From a virus: a DNA stretch of 64,000 nt. The stretch covers positions 14,834-78,833 of IMG/VR virus record IMGVR_UViG_3300023184_006193; one strand, given 5' to 3'. Below, in pieces: positions 20,077 through 29,275 of the stretch (its first letter is position 1; every line of letters begins with the position of its first letter). The translations under genes and the position numbers were made by a program. The notes under the pieces were generated by a model. It worked only from the letters and a program-made list of their open reading frames with translations, was not told the DNA's origin and searched no databases.

Positions 20077-20874
20077 ATGGCTATCTTTTCTTCTAAACAA
20101 AATCAAAATATTTATTTAAATGGACAGTTTGTATCTGGAGTTCAGTCTTTAGGGGTATCTTATGATACCAATATAGTGCCTTCTTTAGCTTTAGGCGATA
20201 CTGGATTTAATTATCTTGTTAATAATCAAAATAAATCTTCTATAAGTTTAGAGTACGTCCCATCAAATATTGATCCAATTCTTTCTTTTACTGGAGAAAA
20301 TATAATAAGTGGAATGTTGGGATATGCTGATAAATATATAAATTTTAATAGTGGTTATTTAACTAGATATAATATTAAAACTTCTATTGATAATCCTGTA
20401 GTTTGCCGTGCGGATATAGATGTTTATGGTCAATTTGGAGAACAGACTGGAATAAGAAATAATAATTCAATTAATTATAATATAACTCCATATGATCTAT
20501 GTTATACTGATATAACTTTTAACGAAGTCCTAACAAATAGATTGATTTCTTTTGAAATGAATATATCTACTAGCCGTATTCCTCAGTATGATGTAGGCCA
20601 ATATTATCCAAGCGAAGTTCTTGTACAATATCCTATAAGAATAGATTTTAATTTTGAATTAGATATTGATAATTATATTATGCCAAATATAAAATCATTT
20701 TTATTAAACGAAGATATAAGATCTATGCGAATAAATTTTAAAAATTATTCTACATTAAATAACGTATTATCTTTTAATTTTGATAATATAGTTAAAAACA
20801 ATGAAAGTTTAAATATAAATGTTTCTGAAAACGGAAAAGCTTCTATTGCGTTTTCCACTTATATATTGAGTTAA
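20077..20874 (+). CDS. Tail-tube-like paralogue (possible tube initiator/hub)
   Basis: SFEMNISTSRIPQYDVG...QYPIRIDFNFELD aligns by eye with SYTLSFDLARTPIQKLG...DFPLTVTLSVDAQ of the tube protein. Confidence 0.55.
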   Translation: MAIFSSKQNQNIYLNGQFVSGVQSLGVSYDTNIVPSLALGDTGFNYLVNNQNKSSISLEYVPSNIDPILSFTGENIISGMLGYADKYINFNSGYLTRYNIKTSIDNPVVCRADIDVYGQFGEQTGIRNNNSINYNITPYDLCYTDITFNEVLTNRLISFEMNISTSRIPQYDVGQYYPSEVLVQYPIRIDFNFELDIDNYIMPNIKSFLLNEDIRSMRINFKNYSTLNNVLSFNFDNIVKNNESLNINVSENGKASIAFSTYILS

Positions 20875-21671
20875 ACCTTCTTTATTCTTTCTATAAGTTC
20901 AAATATCTTTGCTTTGGGAATATCTGATATTGAGTTTAAATTTTCTGCATTATCAAATTTCTCTTTAATTAATTTTTTCTTTAATTGATCAAAATTAATG
21001 CTTTTATCTTTCATTACTTTTTCTAATAAAGCGTGAGGAGATGTTGGACTTTCATTTGTAGATGATGAGTCATCAAGTAGTTTAGCGTCTCCTAATTCTT
21101 CTTGACTTACAATATTAATTTTTAAAAAATTACGTACACATCGAACAAATGCTCTGTTTTCAGCAATTGCAGCTAAAAAGAATCTTGCAAAGCTTTTCGT
21201 ATTATTTAATGTGGCATCAGCTAGAGATTCGAAAACAATTTCTTTTCCACCAGTTTCATAATTAGGAAGCCAAGTTATTCTACAACTTGTTGCGAAATAA
21301 TTCTCAGAGGCTGCTACTACTTTATATTCTACACTTGTGTATCCACGAATTTGGGCAAGCTCTTTGATTCCACCCAAAAGAATAAGTAGATCTTTATCTT
21401 GAAGTTTAGAAACATCTGTTTCTTGTGTCTTTTGTCTATTTGGTACAAGATGTTCAGTCTTTACCATTTTACGCCAATTAATACTTCCATCATCATTAAA
21501 AATATAATTAAGACTCTTGTCTTCAATAAGACCGTATTTATTTCTTGTTATAAGATTTGGTGGTACCACTTGAATAAGCTCTTCGTTTTTTTGAGAAACA
21601 ACTACTGTTTCAAACAATTCCGAACTGCCAATTGAAATCGTATTTTCTTCTGTTTTAATTTTAGGACTCAT
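20871..21671 (-). CDS. Single-strand annealing protein (Rad52/RecT/Erf-like)
   Basis: LLGGIKELA...AIAENRAFVRCVRNFL.I.IVSQEEL resembles the conserved SSAP helix motif. Confidence 0.55.
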   Translation of the reverse strand: MSPKIKTEENTISIGSSELFETVVVSQKNEELIQVVPPNLITRNKYGLIEDKSLNYIFNDDGSINWRKMVKTEHLVPNRQKTQETDVSKLQDKDLLILLGGIKELAQIRGYTSVEYKVVAASENYFATSCRITWLPNYETGGKEIVFESLADATLNNTKSFARFFLAAIAENRAFVRCVRNFLKINIVSQEELGDAKLLDDSSSTNESPTSPHALLEKVMKDKSINFDQLKKKLIKEKFDNAENLNSISDIPKAKIFELIERIKKV

Positions 21672-21677
21672 TTATAG

Positions 21678-21706
21678 ATGATAACATCATTTAAAAATTT
21701 AGTCAA
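21678..21706 (-). promoter_or_regulatory. Sigma70-type promoter, predicted leaderless transcript
   Basis: TTGACT-17-TATCAT-6 nt-ATG(21671). Confidence 0.7.
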
Positions 21707-22877
21707 TAGTAAAAATATAAAAACTTTCCAATTCTTTGTATAAATCCCCATCATTCTTAAAATCAAAAGATTCATTTACATTTGCTGAATAGCTTTGATT
21801 ATTTTTATAACTTTGGAAAGATGGATACATTTTACCTTTACTTAATAAGATTTTGGCTGATTTAAATCTTAAATTTTGCTTTTCAAAAGATTCTATAATT
21901 TTTTTATTATCTTCTAAATTTTTTATGTTTATATTACAAAAATCCATGAGATCTAATTTATATTTTTGCACTTCTTCTTCTTCTATAAATGATATTATAG
22001 AAAACTTTATACCATTATTTCTTAAATTTTTAATAAAATCTATATCAAAATTTGAATTTTTATCAAATATAAAAAATACAGATAAAATATTTTTCTTAAA
22101 TTTTATTAATTGATTTATATTTATGGGTCTATTTGTTAGAATATTTGTTTTATATAAAGATAGAATATTGAATAAGTGCTCTTCATTAAACACATAATCC
22201 ATTCTTACGTTAGCGATATTTATATTGAATTGTGATAAATCTGGAATATGGTCTGGAATAATTTCCAATGCTCTTAAGTGATATGCGTTTCCAAAATATA
22301 CAGATTTTTGGTTTACCTTTTCTTTTAAATCTAATTTATTTAAAACCGAATTAATTATTTCTTCTGGTTTAATGAAATTAATAGTCTTTGGGTTTTCGAT
22401 TGCTGCGTAAGATGGTTTTTTATTTTTTAAATCAGAAAAAATTAAATCATAATCTTTAGGATTAGACCAGTATGGACCAGATTGATTTGGATACATATTG
22501 CAATATAGTGCTACTATTTTTTTATCAAAAGCAGATGCTAAATGCACTGGTAAACTGTCTACTCCTAAATGCAACATTGAATTCTGTATAATATAAGCTA
22601 AGTTATTGAAGTTAGTCTGTCCTTGCGTTGGGTAGCAAAGTGGTAGAGGCGCATCATCTTTGCCACCAATTTGTACGATATTTATATTATATTTATTTAA
22701 TATGGGAGCTAAATTAAAAATTACTTCCTCCCAATAATCATATTCTCTAGAAGCAAATTTTCCCTTTGGATGTATAGTAATATATTTATCAAATGGTAAT
22801 GGAAAAAACTCTTGATTAATATATGGTTTTGAAATTGGTACTCCGCAATTTAAAGCGTATTGTTCTAGAATGTGCAT
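21699..22877 (-). CDS. GT9 (heptosyltransferase-like) C-terminal domain plus an unknown domain
   Basis: MHILEQY..., YITIHP, IVQIGG, LHLGVDSLPVHLASAFDKKIVALY. Confidence 0.8.
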   Translation of the reverse strand: MHILEQYALNCGVPISKPYINQEFFPLPFDKYITIHPKGKFASREYDYWEEVIFNLAPILNKYNINIVQIGGKDDAPLPLCYPTQGQTNFNNLAYIIQNSMLHLGVDSLPVHLASAFDKKIVALYCNMYPNQSGPYWSNPKDYDLIFSDLKNKKPSYAAIENPKTINFIKPEEIINSVLNKLDLKEKVNQKSVYFGNAYHLRALEIIPDHIPDLSQFNINIANVRMDYVFNEEHLFNILSLYKTNILTNRPININQLIKFKKNILSVFFIFDKNSNFDIDFIKNLRNNGIKFSIISFIEEEEVQKYKLDLMDFCNINIKNLEDNKKIIESFEKQNLRFKSAKILLSKGKMYPSFQSYKNNQSYSANVNESFDFKNDGDLYKELESFYIFTID

Positions 22878-22878
22878 A

Positions 22879-24804
22879 TTATATATTAAAATTTTTAATA
22901 TTAAAATCTATTTTATCTTTACCATTATGTAGATAGCTCAACATTCTTTGAGTACCAAAATGTGGAAGAAATGCCATTTCAAAGTAACCTTCATGATCAC
23001 CAGCACCCTCAAGCCACATCAAATTATCCATTTGTTGAATATATGGTATTATTTTATGAATATATTCATTTCCATTTAAAATGGAAAAATATTCTTGTTT
23101 TGTTGCGAAGTATATATTATATTCTGGATAAGTATTTTTTAAAGAGGGTAGTAGGCTAGTTGCCATAAATACGTCTCCAGCACTCTCTGGCATTACTATT
23201 AGAATTCTTTTTCCTTTATCATTTGGATCTAGAATGTCTTCAAATGGAACTTGTTTACTTTTATTTAAATCATCAAAAGCTACTTTTCTAAAATAACTTT
23301 CGATATCAGATCTTTGCATACCTTTACTTATTTGATCCATCCAATGTTTAAATCCAGAATCATTTTCATCAATATTTTTTAAACATAAAATGTTATGATA
23401 CAACGATAAAATCCATTCTTTATCGTCTTTAAAATTTTCTATAATTGCATTTGGATTTTTTTCTACTTGTGCAAAATTAAAATCATAGTTTATATTTGGT
23501 GCAGAATCTATAAAAGATTCAATTTGTCCACCAACGCTTTCTACTGAAAAGTTTTTAATAGTCCATTCTCTAGCTTTTTTGCCCATTTCAATTTTTTCAG
23601 ACTTTGGCATTTTATATACTTTATTTAAATTTTTAGCTATTGAATGGGGATATGTAGACGCTTTTCTGAACTCTGTTCCATGCTCTCTATATTCTGACCA
23701 CTCTAATGGTATGGATGCTGCTTCTTTCTCGCACATTTCTTCTCCACAAGAATAATCTGTAACAAGAGTGATTAATTCTGTTAATTTTGCTTCTTGAATT
23801 GGGATTTCTTGTCCACCGCTGGTAAATGGGTGACAATAAACATCCATTAGATTATATACTTCATTTAGTTGTTCTTCTGTGACTCCAATCGAAACATTTG
23901 TAGTTATTTGGCTTTTTTCTGCTCCACAAAATTTACAATTTAAATCTTGACCAGTGAAATTTTTAATTTCATACTCTCCGCAATTCCTACAAATATAAGT
24001 TGTTAAAATTTCAGCTGGATTAACATTCAATTCTTGACATAATTTATGTATATTCCATCCTTCTCCCCAATGGGTATGGAGAAGTAAAAATGTATTATTG
24101 ATTTGTGGATTTTCTTTTTTCCATAAAGCGTATCCCTCTAAAAGATTAGGGACACTTTTCCTAAGTTGATTTCTAAAAACAAATCCTATAATAAATGCAT
24201 CTTGCGGTAAATTGTATTTATTTCTTATTTTTTTTCTATCAAAATCTGATAATCTGTAAAAATCTTTCGATTCCAAACATCCATGAATTGTTCTAACATG
24301 TTTATGCCCCATATTATTCAATGCTTTAGTAGCGAAATTACTCCAAATCCAATAATTTTTTACTTTTCCTGCGCAATTTATTGCTGAATCTAAAATTGGA
24401 AGTGAATCTAAAGTCGTCCATATTACTGAATTAATTTTATCAAACCAAGGTTTATCTATAGCAAAATCAACTCCCCAAATATCCTGCACGGCAATATAAA
24501 CATCTGGTTTCTCTTGTTCTATTATTCTATCTAAATAATGCGCTCCATAGCTAGCCATTCGAGCCATATGTGGATCTCTATTTAATTGTTCAAGTTCTTG
24601 GGGATTATCTGGAAGCGAACCAAAACTTTTCCATGGAGTTCTTTTTAATTCTGGATGACTCCAAGTCATTCCACACGCATAGTGAACTAAATCATATTTA
24701 TTTGAATTATATAAATACTTTAAGAGAGTTTTTGCACTTCTTCCGAAGCCAGTTTTGGCAAGGGAAAAATCAGTTTGTATTAAAACTTTTTTCTTTTTAT
24801 TCAC
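22879..24804 (-). CDS. GT4 glycosyltransferase with a zinc-ribbon insert, fused to a GT9 N-terminal domain
   Basis: TGFGR, RNQLRK, CRNC..CKFC, VYNLMDVYCHPFTSGGQEIPIQEA, then C-terminal ILIVMPESAGDVFMATSLLPSLK..YPEYNIYFAT. GTG start overlaps the upstream TGA. Confidence 0.85.
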   Translation of the reverse strand: MNKKKKVLIQTDFSLAKTGFGRSAKTLLKYLYNSNKYDLVHYACGMTWSHPELKRTPWKSFGSLPDNPQELEQLNRDPHMARMASYGAHYLDRIIEQEKPDVYIAVQDIWGVDFAIDKPWFDKINSVIWTTLDSLPILDSAINCAGKVKNYWIWSNFATKALNNMGHKHVRTIHGCLESKDFYRLSDFDRKKIRNKYNLPQDAFIIGFVFRNQLRKSVPNLLEGYALWKKENPQINNTFLLLHTHWGEGWNIHKLCQELNVNPAEILTTYICRNCGEYEIKNFTGQDLNCKFCGAEKSQITTNVSIGVTEEQLNEVYNLMDVYCHPFTSGGQEIPIQEAKLTELITLVTDYSCGEEMCEKEAASIPLEWSEYREHGTEFRKASTYPHSIAKNLNKVYKMPKSEKIEMGKKAREWTIKNFSVESVGGQIESFIDSAPNINYDFNFAQVEKNPNAIIENFKDDKEWILSLYHNILCLKNIDENDSGFKHWMDQISKGMQRSDIESYFRKVAFDDLNKSKQVPFEDILDPNDKGKRILIVMPESAGDVFMATSLLPSLKNTYPEYNIYFATKQEYFSILNGNEYIHKIIPYIQQMDNLMWLEGAGDHEGYFEMAFLPHFGTQRMLSYLHNGKDKIDFNIKNFNI

Positions 24805-25343
24805 CAAAGATCGCCTTCTGCTTCTACATTTGATGTTGCGTCGGTAGATTCAGTCTTTCTATTCTTCAATCTTTTAATATTTTCTACTTCTTGTTGATGA
24901 AAAGTTGAATGCAATGCGAATTTTAGAAACTCCTTAATAAGTGAAGCTTCGTTGAAATAAAATCCAATTAAATAAGATTGTTTATTTTCGCTATTTTGCT
25001 TATCTTCTTTATTTACTGAATAAGAATATCCTACTTGTTTATCATCTTTAATATACGGACAGAACTTAATTCTTGTGGTTTGCTTTTCAGAAGTATGATA
25101 AGCAGAAAATTCTACATTTCTTTCGATTGCGTCTAAAATTCCAGCTGCTTCAGTTAGGGAGAATTTAATTTTAACACTTTTATTGGGGTTATTTTGATTC
25201 TCTGAAAATGAACCGATTTTCTTGGCATCATTCCAAGACGATTGTTTAATTAATGATCCCCATATAGAGGCATCTTTTGTATTTACTGTGAAGCTGCAAG
25301 CTGTTCCAGTATTTTTGCTGTTTGGTTTATAGAATGAAATCAT
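24801..25343 (-). CDS. Putative ssDNA-binding protein
   Basis: Beta-rich core and an acidic/aromatic tail (EAEGDLW), directly downstream of dnaE. ATG at 25343 preferred. Confidence 0.45.
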   Translation of the reverse strand: MISFYKPNSKNTGTACSFTVNTKDASIWGSLIKQSSWNDAKKIGSFSENQNNPNKSVKIKFSLTEAAGILDAIERNVEFSAYHTSEKQTTRIKFCPYIKDDKQVGYSYSVNKEDKQNSENKQSYLIGFYFNEASLIKEFLKFALHSTFHQQEVENIKRLKNRKTESTDATSNVEAEGDLW

Positions 25344-25350
25344 ATAGCTT

Positions 25351-25379
25351 ATATTATAGCAAGTATAATTAAATGTCAA
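25351..25379 (-). promoter_or_regulatory. Sigma70-type promoter, near-leaderless
   Basis: TTGACA-17-TAATAT-7 nt-ATG(25343). Confidence 0.65.
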
Positions 25380-27958
25380 TTATTTTTATCAATCTTTTTT
25401 AAGTCATTTAATTTCATGTAAATTTGATGGTCTTGAATAGCTATTAAATCTCCAAATATACAATCATCTCTTTTTGAGCCTTTCGCTATTACAATATTGC
25501 CTTCTTCAAAGGCTTTATTATTTAATAGTTTATTATTTTCAATATTATCATTAAATATTAATACGCTAATTGCTGATGTTTCATCTGATATCTTTAATCT
25601 TACATATCTAGTTTTCTTTTCATTTTTAGAAACACCAGTATAAACTTCTTCGATTTGTCCTACTAAAGCTACTTTAGTATTAACTTGTTCATCGATAACA
25701 TCACTTATATATTTAAGATTTTCTCTTTTTTCCGCAAAAATATCTCTTAAATTCTTATTATAAGTATATCCTAAAAGTTTCTTTTCATAATACCAATTTG
25801 CAAAACTTTCACTTTTACTATTTTGATTATAAATTTGAAGGTATGGTTCGTATTTTGTCTTAATAGTATTTAACCTTGCATCTTTAATAACAACGTTGCC
25901 CTTCTCATCAGTGAACTTATTAAGATGTTTAATTATTTTAATTAAATCATAATCAAACTTTTCAGCAAATGAAATAGAGTATTTCTTTTCTTTAGCTGTT
26001 AATATATTCCATAATTGAGCTTCTAGTACAATCTTACTTCTAGATTGATTAAAACCACTCAATGCTCCTGCTTGAATTAAAGAAGACAGCACTCCAATAT
26101 TAAGATTGGCTTCTTCTGCTGCTTGGAATATTTCAAATTTATTGGAATATTTATTTCTAAAACTATTAAGCTTTTCAATCGACTTGTCGCTAATGCCCTT
26201 AATTGATAACAAGCCAAATCTAATGTCTTTATCTTCTATTGAAAAATCCATCTGTGATTTAATAATGTGAGGTGGAAGAAGTTTAATATCAAATTCATGC
26301 ATCTCTTTTTGAATTTTAGAAATTTCACCAATTGGATCGGGCTCATTTCTACTCATCTTCAATAGAGATAAAAAGAATTGCTGTGGATAATTGAATTTTA
26401 AATAAATTGTAACTGCTGCTAAAGCTGCATAAGCCAATGAATGACTTTTATTAAACGAATAATTTGCAGAGTCCTCTAAAATCTTCCAAAGGATCTCTCC
26501 TACTTCTTTTGGAATTTTATTTTCTTTAATTTTTGATTCAATCTTTTTCTTCCATGCTTTAATTTCTTCAGTTTTCTTTTTGCCTACGATTCTTCTTAAA
26601 ATTTCTGCTTCGTCAAGAGTGAAACCAATTTTATGTGCCATTTTCATTAACTGCTCTTGATACAAAGCTACTCCGCCAGTTTCCTTTAAAATCTCATCGA
26701 AAAATGGATGAATACTTTCTGATTGCTGATAATTTGTATGAGCAGCATATTTATCTACGAATTGTAATGCTCCAGGTCTTGCTAGAGCTAGTACTCCACT
26801 TAGTTCTTCTAGATTTTTTGGTTTTACTTTTTGGCAAACTCGAAAATTAGTTTCTGCTTCAATTTGAAACAGTCCATGTGGTGATCTTAATTCTTGTAAA
26901 TTTCTGTAAATAGATTCATGATTTAAATCAATATCTTCTACTTTAATTCCTATATTTTTACAAACATCATCAACTACAGAAACACTTCTTAAGCCTAAAA
27001 TATCAAGTTTAATATTAAATATACTAACCCAATTCATATCAAAGCTAGAAACTGGTTCTTTATCGGAAGAAAATTCTGTAGGACATACTGTTTCTAAATC
27101 GTAATAAGAAAGAAGAACTCCAGATGGATGAACTCCTTTATTCTTAATTAAATCTCTTAATTTTAATGCGATTTGAAATGTTTCTTTATTTTCGTCGCAC
27201 CAATCTTTAAATTTCTCTACTTCTTCATAAGCAGTATTAATATCTTTGACTTGACCATAAACTTTAGGAATTAATGAAGAAATATTGGTCATCTCTTCTT
27301 CGCTTTTTTCACCTACAATTTTTCCGCATTCTTTAATAAGCAACTTACCACTAAGAGTATTTAATGTTAAAATTTTACTAGTTTTGCCTTTAAATTTTGT
27401 TTCTAAATATTGAAGTACTTTTTGACGATTATAATAACAAATATCAATATCTACGTCACACATCAAACTACCATCTAAATATGTTATACCATCAATAACC
27501 TGCTTTTTAGCTCGAATCTTGGATATAAATCTTTCGAAATAAAGGTCATATTTTACTGGATCAATTCTAGTTACTCCAATAAGATATAAAATTAATGATC
27601 CTGCAGCTGAACCTCTACCTAGTCCTATTGGAATATCACTAGTCTTACAGAAGTTAATAACATCCCAAACTAATAAAATATAATCAATAAACCCTAATTC
27701 TTTTAAAGTGTCTAATTCATATTTAGCTCTATCAATATACTTTTTATAATCTTTATTGTTTTTATCTATATTTAATTTTTTAAATCCATTTAAAGCTAAT
27801 GCTCTTAAAAAATCATAATTTGAAACATCTTCGCTAATATTTAAATGCCTCTTAAGAGATGAGTCTATTGAAAACTCTGGAAGTCTAACTCCATGCAGAC
27901 CCAAATCTGTATTATCAAATTTATCTGAAAAAACTTTATCGTCTAAATGCTTATTCAT
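25376..27958 (-). CDS. dnaE: DNA polymerase III alpha catalytic core lacking the N-terminal PHP domain
   Basis: GRGSAAGSL, FERF, DVDID, GVHPSGV, KLDILGL, YQEQ, YSFNKSHS, IRFGL..IKG, and a C-terminal OB fold. Confidence 0.95.
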   Translation of the reverse strand: MNKHLDDKVFSDKFDNTDLGLHGVRLPEFSIDSSLKRHLNISEDVSNYDFLRALALNGFKKLNIDKNNKDYKKYIDRAKYELDTLKELGFIDYILLVWDVINFCKTSDIPIGLGRGSAAGSLILYLIGVTRIDPVKYDLYFERFISKIRAKKQVIDGITYLDGSLMCDVDIDICYYNRQKVLQYLETKFKGKTSKILTLNTLSGKLLIKECGKIVGEKSEEEMTNISSLIPKVYGQVKDINTAYEEVEKFKDWCDENKETFQIALKLRDLIKNKGVHPSGVLLSYYDLETVCPTEFSSDKEPVSSFDMNWVSIFNIKLDILGLRSVSVVDDVCKNIGIKVEDIDLNHESIYRNLQELRSPHGLFQIEAETNFRVCQKVKPKNLEELSGVLALARPGALQFVDKYAAHTNYQQSESIHPFFDEILKETGGVALYQEQLMKMAHKIGFTLDEAEILRRIVGKKKTEEIKAWKKKIESKIKENKIPKEVGEILWKILEDSANYSFNKSHSLAYAALAAVTIYLKFNYPQQFFLSLLKMSRNEPDPIGEISKIQKEMHEFDIKLLPPHIIKSQMDFSIEDKDIRFGLLSIKGISDKSIEKLNSFRNKYSNKFEIFQAAEEANLNIGVLSSLIQAGALSGFNQSRSKIVLEAQLWNILTAKEKKYSISFAEKFDYDLIKIIKHLNKFTDEKGNVVIKDARLNTIKTKYEPYLQIYNQNSKSESFANWYYEKKLLGYTYNKNLRDIFAEKRENLKYISDVIDEQVNTKVALVGQIEEVYTGVSKNEKKTRYVRLKISDETSAISVLIFNDNIENNKLLNNKAFEEGNIVIAKGSKRDDCIFGDLIAIQDHQIYMKLNDLKKIDKNN

Positions 27959-28175
27959 CTGAGTCTTCTTCTTGCTCTCTTTCTATATTATCTATTTCTT
28001 TATTGAAAGCGTCTAGTCCACTTGCCAGTATCTTCATAGAGGCTTTGTCTCTTAAAGAAAAGAAAACGTCAGCTTTACCATTTTTCTTTCCTTTAGTTAC
28101 AGTGATTAGAAGATAATCAATATTATTCTCTTCTAGTTTCTGCGTCATATCATATACGTCGTCTAATGATGCCAT
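27951..28175 (-). CDS. Small acidic hypothetical protein
   Basis: 74 aa, tightly coupled to its neighbours. Confidence 0.65.
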   Translation of the reverse strand: MASLDDVYDMTQKLEENNIDYLLITVTKGKKNGKADVFFSLRDKASMKILASGLDAFNKEIDNIEREQEEDSDE

Positions 28176-28176
28176 A

Positions 28177-28815
28177 TTATACCTCTATTTGCCATTTTAA
28201 TTTATTCCATACTTTTAAGTTTAAGTCAAGATCATTTATTGCATCATGAAGTTTTTCATAATCATGTTCAATTCCATTTTCTTTACCTAAAGCTGTCAAA
28301 GAGCTTTTGACTCCTTTTTTTCTTGTATGATAGATTTTATACTGATATTCAATAAGATTTTCTTTTGGATTATATGGCATTCCATATTTTATACCCCTTG
28401 CGACTGTATTTGTATCAATGAATTTATTAACAAGATGTTGCCAAGAACATCCCATGTATTTATAGTACTCTTTAATAAGATAAATATCAAATCCAAGAGT
28501 ATTGTGTCCAATTATATAGTCTGCATGATCTAACCAATCCTTAATTGTAGCAAATATTTCTTTTGGGTCGTGTCCTTCTTTTTGAACTTTTTTATGATCA
28601 TATCTTGTGATTCTTGCTGCATCTTGGCTAATTTTTAAATCTGTTTGCCATTTCAAATAAAAATTCTTTTGATCTATTTTTTTATCCCCTTGAACTTTTA
28701 ACATCGCTATTTGCCATGGAATATTATGGCAAAAATTAAGACAAAGATTAAACGTCTCGCAGTCAATAAAGACTAGAGTTTTTTTCTTATCATATCTTAA
28801 AAGATGTTCGTCCAT
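28177..28815 (-). CDS. DEDDh 3'-5' exonuclease (DnaQ/epsilon-like)
   Basis: FIDCET, IGHNTLGFD, FIDT, LHDAINDL. Confidence 0.9.
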   Translation of the reverse strand: MDEHLLRYDKKKTLVFIDCETFNLCLNFCHNIPWQIAMLKVQGDKKIDQKNFYLKWQTDLKISQDAARITRYDHKKVQKEGHDPKEIFATIKDWLDHADYIIGHNTLGFDIYLIKEYYKYMGCSWQHLVNKFIDTNTVARGIKYGMPYNPKENLIEYQYKIYHTRKKGVKSSLTALGKENGIEHDYEKLHDAINDLDLNLKVWNKLKWQIEV

Positions 28816-28816
28816 A

Positions 28817-29275
28817 TTAAAAATCAAAAGGATCTGGTTGTTGCCCTAAGTTTTGTAGCCAATTAATATATTGATATTCATTATATTTTTCCCACTTATC
28901 TCCTTTAGATAAATTGTATACCATATAATAACTTAAATTTTTTAAAAAAGCAACAATATATACATCTACATTAAGACAATTAGCTACATGAGTTATTGTA
29001 TATTTTTGAGTATCTCTAGTTTCAAATCTATTTATAATCGCTTTAAAGTAATTTGGTCCAGGAATATTATCATCATCTATACGAGTCATTTCTAAAACTG
29101 CAACTGGTTTCATTTGGCCATCAATAATTCTCCATTCAATCTGGTCTACATCTGTAGTATAGAGTCTATTTAATTTATATTTCCATAACCTATAATCTAT
29201 TAGTCTATCTTCTCTATCATCTCTTTGGCGAGTTTTTCCACCAAAATTATTTACTTTTTTCTCAAGAGTTTTCAT
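28817..29275 (-). CDS. Putative PD-(D/E)XK-like nuclease-fold protein
   Basis: TTDVDQIEW...PVAVLEMT...VANCLNVDVYIV pattern. ATG at 29275 preferred. Confidence 0.4.
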   Translation of the reverse strand: MKTLEKKVNNFGGKTRQRDDREDRLIDYRLWKYKLNRLYTTDVDQIEWRIIDGQMKPVAVLEMTRIDDDNIPGPNYFKAIINRFETRDTQKYTITHVANCLNVDVYIVAFLKNLSYYMVYNLSKGDKWEKYNEYQYINWLQNLGQQPDPFDF

